A DNA stretch of 64,000 bases from Dendrobates tinctorius (lineage: Eukaryota). The notes beneath the pieces were generated by a model. It saw only the letters and a list, made by a program, of their open reading frames with translations. It had not been told where the DNA came from and made no database searches. A program made the position numbers and the translations under genes. The stretch is from the NCBI RefSeq assembly GCF_039654945.1, contig NW_027361868.1, forward strand, positions 11,842,001-11,906,000, given 5' to 3'. Below are positions 34,959 to 48,899 of the stretch, one piece after another (the first letter of the stretch is position 1; each line of letters opens with the position of its first letter).

Positions 34959-37900
34959 ATTGTATTGAATGTAATGAATTATCCATGGAATAAACTCCAG
35001 AATTGAATGAAATATATGGAGATCGGCTCTCACCTATCTACTCAGCAAAATGAAAACATTTGAAAAATTATGCTGCGTAAAGTAGACACATGGGGAATGT
35101 TTTTTATTAACTTTTTCTGTCTACTATAACGATCTAGCTTAAGAATATAAACATTCAAAGTTAATCGCTAATTTGAAAAAAAATTAAATTTCCATTATTT
35201 TCATATTTTCTTTTAACAAAAAGTACAATGTGTCACAAAAAAAAGTGCAATCTCGGTATTACTGGAATATGACAAAACATTCCAGAATCCTTACCACATG
35301 AAGTGACACAAGTCGGATTTGAAAAGTTTGTCTCGGTCGCTATGAAACTAGGAAATATAAACATTTTCCCCATGCACAAAAGCATGATGTGCCGCAGACA
35401 CCACCCACACACCTGAGGTAGGAGTAGGAGAGTTGAGAAATAGAGCTATACAGCAATGATGGATTATGCACATGTTAGGGACTTGGTCCACCATTGGAAT
35501 TTATTGATTTAATTAGTGTTGGGTAGATCACATTATTCATTTTAAATAATATCTAATTAAAAGGAATCTGTTACCAGGTTTTTGCTACAACCTTCTGAAA
35601 GTAGCATGAGGTAGAGCCAGAAACCCGGATTCCAGCGATGTATCACTTACTAGTATTTTCTCTGCTGTAGATGTAGCAGTTCTCTGAATGCTGAGCTCTG
35701 TATAACCCCGCCCACAGCACTGATTGGCTGCTTACTGTGTACACCGTGCATAAGCAGAAAGCTGCCAATCAGAGATAGGGGCGGTGTTGGACTACATGGC
35801 AGCAGGTTCTTTAGTCCTTTAGTGAATAATCTCCTGCTGATAAAAAGTAATTTTATAAGAACTACAAAATGCAGCCCAGTAAGTGACACTTCGGTGGAAT
35901 CAGCGTCTCTGCTTTTATATTATGCTACTCTAAGATTTGGTAGCAAAAACCAGGTGTCAGATTCCTTTCTCGTGAATGTCTTTCGGTCTTTAGATTCTTT
36001 TACGCCTTCCCCTCTCTATAGACTTTTATAGGCAGCAACTGTAACCTGCTCCCTCAGTGAGCTGAAAGTCTGTCTGCATTAGAGACGGGTTTGAGCAGTA
36101 AGTTCAGGGGCATTGGGGAATACAACATTTTTGTTTAATAATATACACTATGATAATAAATTTAGAATAAGATATGAGAATAATAATAAAGTTTCTTATA
36201 CCCACATGTTCTATTGAATAAAAGAAAAAATGTAACTAGGGTTATTTTTTTAATGTTTTAGATGTGGCCCCATTAAGTAGTCGAAAAGAATTTAGTCATT
36301 TTTTTGTTAGGTTGGAAGTAAAACCTGCAGCTCATTAGATTCAATGCGATTTATGCTAAAAGGTGGTGAAAATATTGTGATGGCCTAAATTTACGGGAAA
36401 TTCTTTAACCCCTTAACCCCTGGAGGTATTTTCGTTTTTGCGTTTTCGTTTTTCGCTCCCCTTCTTCCCAGAGCCATAACTTTTTTATTTGTCCGTCAAT
36501 ATAGTTGTATGAGAGCTTGTTTTTTGCAGGACGAGTTGTACTCTTGAAAGACACCATTGGTTTTACCATGTCGTGTACTAGAAAACGGGAAAAAAATTCC
36601 AAATGCGGTGAATCCCACACTTATTTTTTGTTTGGCTTTTTTACTAGGTTCACTAAATGCTAAAACTGACCCGCCATTATGATTCTCCAGGTCATTATGC
36701 GTTCATAGACACCAAACATGTCTAGGTTCCTTTTTTTTATCCAAGTGGTGAAAAAAAAATTCAAACATTGTTTAAAAAAAAATAAATTTTGCGCCATTTT
36801 CCGATACCCGTAGCATCTCTATTTTTCGTGATCTGGGGTTGGGTGAGGGCTTATTTTTTGAGCGCCGAGCTGACGTTTTTAATGATACCATTTGAGGCAG
36901 ATACGATCTTTTGATCGCCCGTTATTGCATTTTAATGCAATCTCGCGGCACCCAAAAAAAAGTAATTCTTGCTTTTGACTTTGTTTCTCACTACGCCGTT
37001 TAGTGAGCAAGTTAATTCTTTTTTTATTGATAGATTGGGCGATTCTGAACGTGGTGATACCAAATATGTGTATGTGTGATTTTATTTTTATTGTTTTATT
37101 TTGAATGGGGCAAAAAGTGGGTGATTTGCACTTTTATGGGTTTTTTTACATTTTGAAAAACTTTTTTTTTTCACTTTTGGCATGCTTCAATAGCCTTCAT
37201 GGGAGACTAGAAGCTTCCGTAGCCCGATCGGCTCTGCTACATAGAGGCGATGATCAGTTTGCCTGTATGTAGTAGAATTACTCACGTGCTATGAGTGCTG
37301 ACCACCGGGTGGCGCTCACAGCAAGCCGGCACTGACAACCATAGAGGTCTTCAGGAGACCTCCGGTTGTCATGCCAACACATCAATGACCCTTGATCACG
37401 TGAGGTGGGTCACCAGTGGGCGGATTTCCAGCACGATTGTCGGAAGCACTTGTTAAATGCCGCTGTCAGCGTTTGACAGAGGCATTTAACAGGTTAATAG
37501 CCGCGGGTGGATCGCGATTCACCCCGCGACTATTCCGGGCACATGTCAGCTGTTCAAAACAAATAAGCAACTTTGTAATATATCTTATCAGAGAAATCTG
37601 CTTCTTTCTCCTCCTGGACTGAGCTTTCACTCTCACTTCATTGGTAAAATCTGTATTTAGCGTAGACTGAGAACCACATTCCTGAGATAGGAGATGACAG
37701 TTGGGGCATTCTGCTGCAAGTTCTCCTGGAAAGTTTTCTTAAGAACTTTATAAGGAACCAACTGTCATCTCCTCCTATCTCAGTAAGGCCAGAGTGACAC
37801 TATAGTCACACTAGAGAAATAAGGATGAGTGCTATGCGAGAAAAAATCGCATAGCACTCGGACCAATGTTAATCTATGGGGCAGCTCCCAGCTCCGTTTT

Positions 37901-38313
37901 TTTTCTCGGCCGTATTATACGTGTGGGTGAAATCGTAGCATGCTGTGATTTGCACTCGCCAATGCAAGTCTATGGGTGCGAGAAAAAAACGGATTACACA
38001 CGGGCCATGCATGTGACTTGCGAGAAATACGCACCGGTGTCCTTTAGAAAAGCCAGCAATTCAGGGGGATGCACAGTAAAATCACACTGACAGGTTAATA
38101 TAAAATAGATAGAATACATGTATACACATAGTATAGGTATATATATCTATATATATATATAGATAGATATATAAAACAAAAAAAAACAAAAAAAAAAGAC
38201 GACCAGCACCTCCTAATGTGATGTGAACATGTGCAAGCTGCGAAAACTGCACAATATAGGCAAAAAGAATACAGCAGCACATGTGCATAAATCTAGGCCA
38301 TGTGAAAACACAA

Positions 38314-38760
38314 AAACACATTAAAACCATTCAATTTGGATAATAATCCTCAAAATACTTTTTTCAAAAAAAAAATTTTTTTAATCTTACAGTAAGATGA
38401 AAATGAAGGTTCTTAGTGCACAAATTGGCTAATTCATGTAAGCCCATCAACCACGGCAAGGTGACCTCCCCCTGATGGGTCCCTGCCTTGCAGGTGGCCA
38501 AAATCAGCTCTACCTGCCCATAAATTGTAGGCTTAGCCCGGTAGTGACATGTTTGTCCAAATTTGTAGGCTGGTGGCCCAGAAGTGGCTTATGTACGGTT
38601 AAGCAGGGACCCATCAGGGGGAGGTCACCTTGCCATGGTTGATGGGCTTACATGGCCAATTTGTGCACTAAGAACCTTTATTTTCATCTTACTGTAAGTT
38701 TAAACAAAAAAAAAATATTTTTGAGGATTATTATCCAAATTGAATGGTTTTAATGTGTTT
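38314..38760. repeat. Inverted repeat (~165-bp arms, ~115-bp spacer)
   Basis: 38314-38486 is the reverse complement of 38603-38760 with few differences. Confidence 0.88.
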
Positions 38761-39966
38761 CATATCAGTTATATTTCTATATGTCAGTCACTAATAATGT
38801 TAGTAGTGTCTGTGTGTAAAAGTTTGCAGCTGTATGTGTTTAATAAAAGCATTTTTTCACAGAAAAAAACTGGCGTTTTTCTCCGCCAGAGAGGGAAAGC
38901 CAGTGACTGAGGGCAAATATTAATAACCAAGAAAAGGACCATGGTTATTGACCCCCCCGGCTAAAAACATCTGCCCCCAGCCACCCCAGAAAAGGCACAT
39001 CTGTAAGATGCACCAATTCCAGCACTTAGCCTCTCTCTCTTGCCATTGCCCTGTAGCGGGTGGCATATATGGGGTAATAAGGGGTTAATGTCACCTTTGT
39101 ATTGTAAGGTGACATTAAGCCCGGTTAATAATAGAGAGGTGTCAATAAGACACCTATCCATTATTAATCCAATAGTATGAAAGGGTTAAAAAAAGCACAC
39201 ACATTATGAATAAAATATTTTAATGAAATAATTAAAACACACAGGTTTTCCATCTTTATTACACTCCTAATCCAAGCGAAGATACGCCTTTTCTGGGACG
39301 GCTGGGGACAGATGTTTTTTAGCCGGGGGGGGGCAATAACCATGGTCCCTATCTAGGCTATTAATATCTGCCCTTAGTCACTGGCTTTCCCACTCTGGTG
39401 CAGAAAATTGCGCGGGAGCCCACGCCAGTTTTTCCCAGGAATACATTCTTTTAGTAAATACATACAGGTCCCAAATTTTAAACACACATGCTACTAACAC
39501 TATTAGTCACTTACATATATAAATCTAATTGTTCTGCAATGTTTTACTGTATGTAAACCATATCTCCTATCCTGTCGGGTTCTGTAATGATTTTTCAGAA
39601 GCCGACAAATGAATTAACGGTTATTCTGCTATCTAGCTCTTTTTATACGTTATGTGTGACGCCAGCCTAATGGGAAAATCTGGATTTACTGAAGACACAT
39701 ATTACCCGTGTATTGAGAATTTTGAAAATGAATAACTAGTCCCGTAGGAGAAAAAAATAGATGTTTCCAATAAGATATTTTACAAAGTTTCTTAATTCCA
39801 GGCGTTCTATTGACTTATGTGAAAAAAAACTTGAAATCTTGATAAATTAGTGCCTACAGAGTATTTTATGCTGGCCAGGATAGACCTTATATTTATGAAA
39901 AGAGGAAATCTGTAAACCGGGCGCCTATCGACTCATTTTTCATTGCTTTGAAATTTCTTTAACAAT

Positions 39967-42900
39967 ATGGAAGAGGCCAGGAGCCATTTGGTGAGCTGCA
40001 TTTCTTGCTACATGTTCACAGACTTACCAGTGGAAAAGCCAAACTTCACATGCCACAAATGCAAGCTTGTGTCCCTATTGGAGGAAAAGTTGCAAAATCT
40101 CGAAGAGAGGTGAGCTACATTGAAAATCATTAAGGAAGGTGAAGAGTTCTTAGAGCAGAATTATCTCTTCATGTTACAGAAAGAAGAAATTCGAAGTGCA
40201 CCTAAAGAAACAGAGGAATGGAGACATGTGACCCAGAGAAGCAGGAGGATCAGGAGGCAGTCAGCACCCATACTTCTCAGGAACCAGTACCAGGCTCTCA
40301 CGCAGGAAAACGATAAAGAAATACATCAGGACTACTTTTCCCACAAATGACAACCTTGTACACCTTCAGAGTCCTCCTGGATGGAGAAAGAAAAATGTTG
40401 TGAAGAAGAAACGGAGAGTGGTGGTCATGGGGGATTCCCTGTTGAGAGGAACAGAGGCCGCTATCTGCAGACCGGATATAACTTCAAGAGAAATGTGCTG
40501 TCTTCCAGGTGCAAAAATTAAAGATGTGTCTGACAGGATATCAGGACTCTTCAGACCTACAGATGACTACCCATTCCTGCTACTACATGTGGGGACAAAT
40601 AACACCGCAAGAAACGACCTGGAAACCATCTGCAGTGACTTTGAAATCTTAGGTAAGAAAGTAAAAGAACTGGGAGCGCAGGTGGTCTTCTCTTCCATCC
40701 TCCCAGTGGATGGCCATGGACCAAGGAGGTGGAATAAGATTCTGCAGGTGAACAACTGGCTACATCGATGGTGCCGTCAGCAACAATTTGGATTTCTGGA
40801 TCACGGAATGAATTACCTATATGATGGACAACTTGCTAGAGATGGGGTGCACCTTACGAAGACTGGAAAGCATGTATTTGGAAGTCGCCTTGCTACACTT
40901 GTAAGGAGAGCTTTAAACTAGAACAATGTGGGAAGGGAAGCAAAAGGCCAGAAAAAGCCATACACCTGACAAATGCTATTGAGAACTCTGCTATTAGAAA
41001 CGGGAGGAAAGAACAAAGACAAAAAAATCTAAATAATAAAAATATTGGAGAAAGAGAAACCAATCACAAACTAAAATGTTTCTATACTAATGCACAAAGC
41101 ATGGGCAACAAACAAGGAGAACTGGAACTACTAACACAGGAGAAGAAATATGATGTCATTGGAATCACTGAAACTTGGTGGGACAATACACATGATTGGA
41201 ATACAAGACTAGAAGGATACAACTTATTTGCAAGAAACAGACTTGATAAACGAGGAGGAGGTGTCACATTGTATGTTAGAAACGCGTATATCTGCACAGA
41301 GATTGAAGCTTCAGAGACTGGGAGTTCTGTGGAAACTGTTTGGGTAAGAATACAAGGACAGAACAATGGAAAGGACACCATTGTAGGCATTTACTACAGG
41401 CTGCCTGTGCAAGCTGAAGATATGGATGAACTCTTTATGCATCAAATGGCCAAGTTCTCCAAAAAATATGACATAGTTGTCATGGGAGATTTCAACTATC
41501 CAGACATTTGTTGGGAATCTCTCTCAGGCAAAACTAACAGGTCAAGGAAATTCTTATACTCTCTTGCTGACAACTTTATCTTGCAAAAGGTAGGGGAGAA
41601 AACAAGGGGAACTGCTACCTTGGATCTAATCCTTATAAACAGGGAGGAAATGATTGAGGAGGTAAAAGTGGCTGGGACCCTAGGAGGTAGCGACCATGCT
41701 ATTTTAGAATTTTGGATAACTAGAGGAGGAAGACCTGTGAAGACTCAGAAGTCAAGGTTAGATTTCAGAAAGGCAGATTTTAAAGGATTCAGAAAGAGAA
41801 TTGGAGGGATCCAATGGTTGGATATCCTTAAAGACAAAAATGTCCAGGAAGGATGGGAAATCTTGAAAAATGAAATGCTCAAAGCATAATTGTTAACAAT
41901 TCCGAAAAAAGGGAAGAATAGGAAGCGTTTAAGGAAACCAGGATGGATGAACACAGAACTGAAGCACATGTTAAAAAGGAAGAAAGAAATGTTTATAAAA
42001 TGGAAAGAGGGAGGCATATCTAAAGAAGAATATAATGCTGTCTGCAGAACCTGCAGGGCACGAATCAGATTATCTAAAGCTGACAATGAATTGAGGCTTG
42101 CAAGAGACGTCAAAAGCAATAATAAAGGATTTTGGGGATATGTCAAAAGTAAAAGAAAAGTCAAAGATGCTATAGGATTTTTACAGGATGAAAATGATGA
42201 AATGGTAATTCCTATTTTGCATCTGTTTTCTCTCAGAAAGGAAATGTAACATCAACTATTCTTCACTGTCCTATTAAGGGAATAGAAGAATCCAGGATAT
42301 CTATAAACAGAAATATAGTGAGGAAACACTTAGCTAACCTAAATGAATTCAAGTCTCCGGGTCCAGATGAATTACACCCCAGAGTACTGAAGGAGATAGC
42401 AGAAGAAATTTTTGAACCGCTCTCCATAATCTTTGAAAATTCGTGGAGAACAGGAGAAGTCCCAGAAGACTGGAGAAGAGCAAATGTTGTTCCTATCTTC
42501 AAAAAGGGGAAGAAGGTGGACCCAGGCAACTATAGGCCGGTGAGTCTGACTTCTATACCAGGAAAGATCTTTGAACAAATTATTAAACAACATGTGTGTC
42601 AGTACCTGGATAAGAATGAAGTGATTAAACAGAGTCAGCATGGGTTTGTAACTAATAAGTCATGTCAGACTAACTTAATTTCCTTCTATAATGGAATCAC
42701 TGATTGGGAGGATCAGGGAAATGCTGTAGATATAGTATATCTTGACTTCAGCAAAGCATTTGACAAAGTATCTCACACAAGCCTTATTGAAAAAATGACT
42801 AAGTATGGAATGGACAAGGCAACTGTTAGGTAGATTCATAACTGGCTTAGTGATTGGACCCAAAGAGTGGTCGTAAATGGCTGCACATCCAGTTGGAAGA

Positions 42901-43738
42901 ATGTCTCAAGTGGGGTACCACAGGGCTCTGTCCTGGGCCCTGTAGTGTTCAACATCTTTATCAACGATTTAGATGAAGGAATTGAGGGTAAACTGATTAA
43001 ATTTGCTGATGACACAAAGCTAAGAGGGATAGATAATACTAGAGAAGAGAGAGAGAGAAGATTCAAAAATATATAAATAAACTGGAGCAGTGGGCAGCAA
43101 CTAACAGAATGGTTTTTAACAGGGAAAAATGCAAAGTACTACATCTGGGCAATAAAAATGAAAAAAGCATATACAGAATGGGAGGAATAGGGCTAAGCAA
43201 CAGCACATGTGAAAAAGACATGGGTATATTAATAGATCACAGACTGAATGAGTCAACAGTGTGATGCAGCAGCAAAAAAGGCAAATGCAATTCTAGGATG
43301 TATTAACAGAAGCATACAGTCTAGATCACGTGAAGTCATTATTGACCTCTACTCCTCTTTGGTCAGACCTCATCTGGAATGCTGTGTCCAGTTTTGGGGG
43401 CCACATTTTAAAAAATACATCAACAAACTGGAGCAAGTTCAGAAAAGAGCGACCAGAATGGTGACCGATCTGCAAACCCTGTCTTATGAGGAAAGGTTGC
43501 AGGATTTGGGAATGTTTAGCTTGCAAAAGAGGACTGAGAGGAGACTTAATAACTGTCTACAAATATCTCAAGGGCTGTCACATTGCAGAAGGATCATCTT
43601 TATTCTCATTTGCACAAGGAAAGACTAGAAGCAACGAGATGAAACTGAATGGGAGGAGACACAGATTAGATATTAGAAAAAACTTTTTGACAGTTAGAGT
43701 GATCAATGAGTGGAACAGGCTGCCACGAGAGATAGAAG
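39967..43738 (+). mobile_element. Near full-length CR1 LINE, 5' part (ORF1 zinc finger + SGNH/GDSL esterase; ORF2 APE endonuclease + RT), inactivated
   Basis: CxxC..CxxC after ATG 39967; VVVMGDSLLRG, LLHVGTNN, DGVHL; YTNAQS, GITETWW, MGDFNYPDI, GSDH; [38 protein letters not shown]; several stops and frameshifts; resumes at 49564. Confidence 0.95.
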
Positions 43739-44557
43739 TGTTGTGAGCTCATCTGTTCATTCACCTTTTGTGTCCGAGGATCTCCCTCTTCTGGTGAAGG
43801 AAGGTAGTGAGGCTGATTTGGATGAAAGAAACCAAACACCTGATCAGGTGGATTGTGACTGGGTAACGGGAACTTCAGACTGGATATAAGGCAGCCGACA
43901 CCCTTCTGAGTGGCTGGTGATTTCTCTGCTGGATTCTTGGAGACCAGTCTGATTCCTGCTTCCCAAATATAAGTTTTTGCTCTGCTATTGAACTTATTAG
44001 TTTTGGTTTTGTTTACCTTGTTTTTTGAGTTCAGCCATCCCCGGCCGGGGGTGTGCTGGATTCTTATTCCTTGATCAGTGTTCTCTTTTGCTCTGCTTTC
44101 AGAATATTCTGAGTGCTGATATAGGGTTTGAAGTCTAGTGACTTCAGGGTCCTTTTTGCTTATCAGCTGTGTTGGTAATATTTTTAGCAGGGTTTTCTCG
44201 GATTGCAGACAGCAGCTTTTCTGTCCTGTCCTTTTTAGTTAGCTTGGGCTCCATCGTTTGCTCAACCTTTCTATCTGTGTTAGTGTTTTCATCTTATTTC
44301 ACCGTCATTATATGTTGGGGGATGCCTATTGCTTTGGGGTCTGCTCTGGGGCAGTCAGTTTTTCCCTTTTCTCTCTTTAGGCTTATTTAGATCTCCGGCT
44401 GTGACGAGGTGTCTAGGATCACTGTAGGAACACTCCACGGCTACTACTAGTTGTGTGATAGGATTAGGGGTCTGCAATCCGCTAGTTTCCAACCTCTCTG
44501 ATTTTCTCGGCTGAGCTTGTGTTTTGTTTTTTCCTCCTCGGTGACTCAATCATAACA
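43739..44557 (+). repeat. 5' LTR (819 bp)
   Basis: TGTTGTGAG...ATCATAACA; TATAA at 43885-43889; direct repeat of 48749-49563 with roughly 15 substitutions and a few small indels counted by eye. Confidence 0.95.
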
Positions 44558-44698
44558 GAATCAACAGCCATACCGCAGATTCTAGGGTACTCAAAAGCAG
44601 GAAAGAATTGTTAAAAAAAAAAGTGTCAGAATTTTTTTTTGTGTATATTTTTTCCACTTTTTCTCTGAGGCCGTAGGAGAAATATATATTTTTTTCTG

Positions 44699-47600
44699 AT
44701 GGAGTTTAAGCAATTGTCTGATCGTGTGGAGCAGCTTGCTGCTGAAGTGCGAGGAATTTCCGCCTATCTTGCTCATTCACACACTGCTGAACCAAAAATT
44801 CCCACTCCTGATGTGTTTTTTGGGGATCGGTCTAAATTTTTGAATTTTAAGAATAATTGTAAATTATTTCTTCCCTTGAAGCCTAACTCATCGGGGAGCT
44901 CTGCGCAGCAGGTTAAAATTGTCATCTCCTTGCTGCGCGGCGATCCCCAGGATTGGGCGTTTTCTTTAGTACCAGATGATCCTATTCTAACTAATGTGGA
45001 CGCATTTTTTCAGGCCTTGGGGTTGTTGTATGATGAACCTAATGCGATTGATCAAGCTGAAAAGACCCTGTTGGCATTGAGCCAGGGTCAAAATTCTGCA
45101 GAACTGTACTGTCAAAAATTCCAAAAGTGGGCGGTCCTCACCACTTGCAATGATGGTGCCTTGGCAGCGCTCTTTCGGAAGGGTTTGTCAGAAGCCGTAA
45201 AGGATACTATGGTGGGATTTCCTGCTCCCTCTGGTCTTGACGATTCTGTCATTAGCCATTCAAGTTGATCGGCGTTTACGTGAACGTAAAATTACACTGG
45301 AAATGCTGCCACCTGTTGAACAAATGTCTGAACCTATGCAATGTGATAGAGTTTTGTATAGGGCGCAACGTCAGGAGTTTAGAAGGCGTAATAAGCTATG
45401 TTTTTTCTGTTGAGATGCCTCTCATACTATTTCTGTCTGCCCTAAACGAGAGAAACGTTTTGCACACACATTTGCTGTAGGTGGTGTACAACCTAAGTTT
45501 CTTCTGGCAATTACTCTGATCTGCTCCCTGTCCACATTTTCTGCTAAAGCCTTTGTGGATTCAGGAGCGGCCTTGCACCTAATGGATTTAGATTTTGCTA
45601 AACGTTGGGGTTTCCCTATGACACCCCTGCGGATGCCTATTCCTTTGAGGAGTATTGATGCTACTCCTTTGGCGAAGAATAAATCTCAATTTTGGACCCA
45701 GGTGGTAATGCGGGTCTCCCCAGACCATCAAGAAAATTGCAGATTTTTGGTGTTGCATAATTTGCATGATACCATCGTGCTGGGGTTCCCCTGGTTGCAA
45801 ATCCATAATCCAGTTTTGGATTGGAAATGTGTCTGTGGTGTGTTGGGGTTGTCGGTGTGCTCTTACTGACTCTCCTGTTTTCTCCACCTCTCCCCAGTCG
45901 CATGAGGTTCCTGACTATTTGGCTGATTTTTATGATGTGTTTAGTGAGAGTAAGTCTGCGTCTTTGCCTCCTCATAGGAGTTATGACTGTGCAACTGAGC
46001 TGAGTCCGGGGTGTAAATTTCCCAAGGGTCGACTTTTTAATTTATCTGTACCCGAACATGAGGCTATGCGTTCTTATATTAAGGAGTCATTGGAGAAGGG
46101 TCATATTAGACCATCCTCTTCACCCTTGGGTGCTGGGTTTTTTTTGTGGCCAAGAAGGATGGTTCATTAAGGCCCTGTGTTGACTATCACTCCCTTAACA
46201 AAATTACTGTTAAATATCAGTATCTGTTACCCCTGATTTCTGACCTATTTTCTAGAGTTGAAGGTGCTTGCTGGTTTACCAAGCTTGACCTCAGGGGGGC
46301 GTATAATCTTATTCGCATTAAGCATGGGGATGAATGGAAGACAGCGTTTAATATTCCGGAGGGACATTTTGAGTACCTGGTGATGCCTTTTGGGCTCACT
46401 AACGCCCCTTCTGTCTTCCAGTGCTTCATGAATGATATTTTCCGGGACTTTGTGGATAAGTTTCTGATCATCTATTTGGATGATATTTTGATCTTTTCCA
46501 GGGATTGGAACTCTCATGTGGAACATGTTCGGACTGTGTTCCGGATTTTGAGGGAAAACTCCCTGTATGTTAAGGGATCGAAATGTCTTTTTGGTGTACA
46601 GAGGATTTCATTTTTGGGATTTATTTTGTCTCCGTCAACTATTGAAATGGACCCGGCCAAGGTACAGGCCATTTATGATTGGGTGCAGCCCACTTCTTTG
46701 AAGGCTCTCCAGAAGTTTTTGGGTTTTGCTAATTTGTATCGTAAGTTTATAGCCAATTTTTCTGTTATTGCCAAACCATTAACTGATTTGACTAAGAAGG
46801 GCGCTGATTTGCTGAATTGGTCTCCAGAGGCTGTTTCTTCTTTTCAGGAGCTGAAGCGGAGGTTCACTTCTTCTCCGGTTTTGCAACAACCCGATGTCTC
46901 ACTTCCATTTCAGGTGGAGGTGGATGCTTCAGAGACTGGTGCAGGAGCTGTTTTGTCCCAAAAAGATCCTGTAACATCTAAAATGAACCCCTGTGCCATC
47001 TTTTCCCGAAAGTTCTCTCCTTCGGAACGCAACTATGATGTGGGGAATCGAGAACTGTTGGCCATGAAGTGGGCATTTGAGGAGTGGAGACATTGGTTGG
47101 AGGGAGCTAGACATCAAGTTGTGGTCCTCACTGACCACAAGAATTTGATCTACCTTGAGTCGGCTAAACGCTTGAATCCGAGACAGGCCAGGTGGGCATT
47201 GTTTTTCACACGTTTTGATTTTGTGGTCTCCTTTCTTCCGGGCACTAAGAACGTTAAGGCTGATGCCCTCTCTAGGAGTTTTTAGGCTGATTCTCCTATT
47301 GTGACAAAGCCTGCTACCATCTTACGTGAGGGGGTGGTTCTTTCTGCCATCTCGCCTGATTTGAGACGTGCTCTGGAGAAGTTTCAGGAGGATAAGCCTG
47401 AGCGTTGTCCCAGTGGTAGGTTGTATGTTCCTGACCAGTGTAGGAGGAAAGTGATGTCTGAGGTTCATTGCTCCGCGTTGGCTGGTCATCCAGGTATTTT
47501 TGGTACTAGAGATTTGGTGAGTCGGTCTTTTTGGTGGCCTGCTTTGTCTCGTGATGTCAGAAATTTTGTGCAGTCCTGTGGGACTTGCTCCCGATCTAAG

Positions 47601-48899
47601 CCTTGTTCTCGTTCTAGTGGGTTGTTGATGCCTTTGCCGGTGCCCAGGAGGCCATGGACCCATATTTCAATGGATTTTATTTCTGATCTGCCTGTCTCTC
47701 AGAGGATGACTGTTATCTGGGTGATTTGTGATAGATTCTCTAAGATGGTTCATCTTGTACCACTCCCTAAGTTGCCATCTTCCTCAGAGTTGGTGCCCTT
47801 GTTTTTGCAACAGGTGGTTCGCTTGCACGGGATTCCAGAGAACATTGTATCGGACAGAGGAGTTCAGTTTGTCTCTAGATTCTGGAGGATCTTTTGTTCC
47901 AAGTTGGGAATTCAGTTGTCCTTCTCCTCTGCATTTCACCCTCAGACCAATGGGCAGACGGAGAGAACAAACCAGACTTTGGAGGCTTATTTGAGATGTT
48001 TTATATCTGCTGATCAGGATGATTGGGTCTCATTTTTACCCTTGGCCGAATTTGCTTTAAATAATAGAGCTAGTTCTGTCACTTTGATGTCACCCTTTTT
48101 CTGTAACTTTGGGTTTCATCCTCGATTTTCTTCAGGGCAGGTGGAGTCTTCTGCCTGTCCAGGGGTTGACACTGTGGTGGAAAGAATGCAGCAGATTTGG
48201 GACCAAGTGGTGGATAAGTTGTCTCTTTCCCAGGAAAAGGCCCAGCGGTTTTCTAACCGGCATAGGACCATTGGTCCCCGGTTTAAGGTGGGTGATATGG
48301 TCTGGTTGTCATCAAAGAATATCTCTATGAAAGTGGCTTCTCCAAAGTTTAAACTTAGATTTTTTGGACCTTACAAGATTTTGGAAATTATTAATCCGGT
48401 CTCTTTTCGGTTGGCTCTTCCTGTCACATTTAAGATTCATAATGTGTTTCATAAGTCCTTGTTGAAGAGGCTTGTTGAACCAGTGGTTCCTATGGCGGCA
48501 CCTCCTGACCCTGTGTTGGTTGAAGGTAACATGGAATATGAGGTAGAGAAGATACTGGATTCCCGTCTGGCTAGACGGAGACTCCAGTATTTGGTTAAGT
48601 GGAAGGGTTATGGTCAGGAGGATAATTCCTGGGTCTCTGCCTCTGATATTCATGCTGAAAGATTGGTGCGTGCTTTTCATCGGGCTCATCCTGATCGGCC
48701 TGGTGGCTTGGATGAGGGTTCGGTGACCCCTCCTCAAGGGGGAGGTACTGTTGTGAGCTCATCTGTTCATTCACCTTTTGTGTCCGAGGATCTCCCTCGT
48801 CTGGTGAAGGAAGGTAGTGAGGCTGATTTGGATGAAAGAAACCAAACACCTGATCAGGTGGATTGTGACTGGGTAACGGGAACTTCAGACTGGATATAA
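44699..48899 (+). pseudogene. Disrupted gag-pol of the Gypsy element (Gag, CCHC knuckle, aspartic protease, RT, RNase H, integrase, chromodomain)
   Basis: PDVFFGDRSKF/LRGDPQDWA gag; CFFC*DASHTISVC; VDSGA; [28 protein letters not shown]; VDASETG, TDHKNL; HPG..C..C, SMDFI, SDRGVQF, HPQTNGQTER, GPY; YEVEKILDSR..QYLVKWKGY..NSW. Frameshifts and an in-frame TAG at 47283-47285. Confidence 0.94.
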
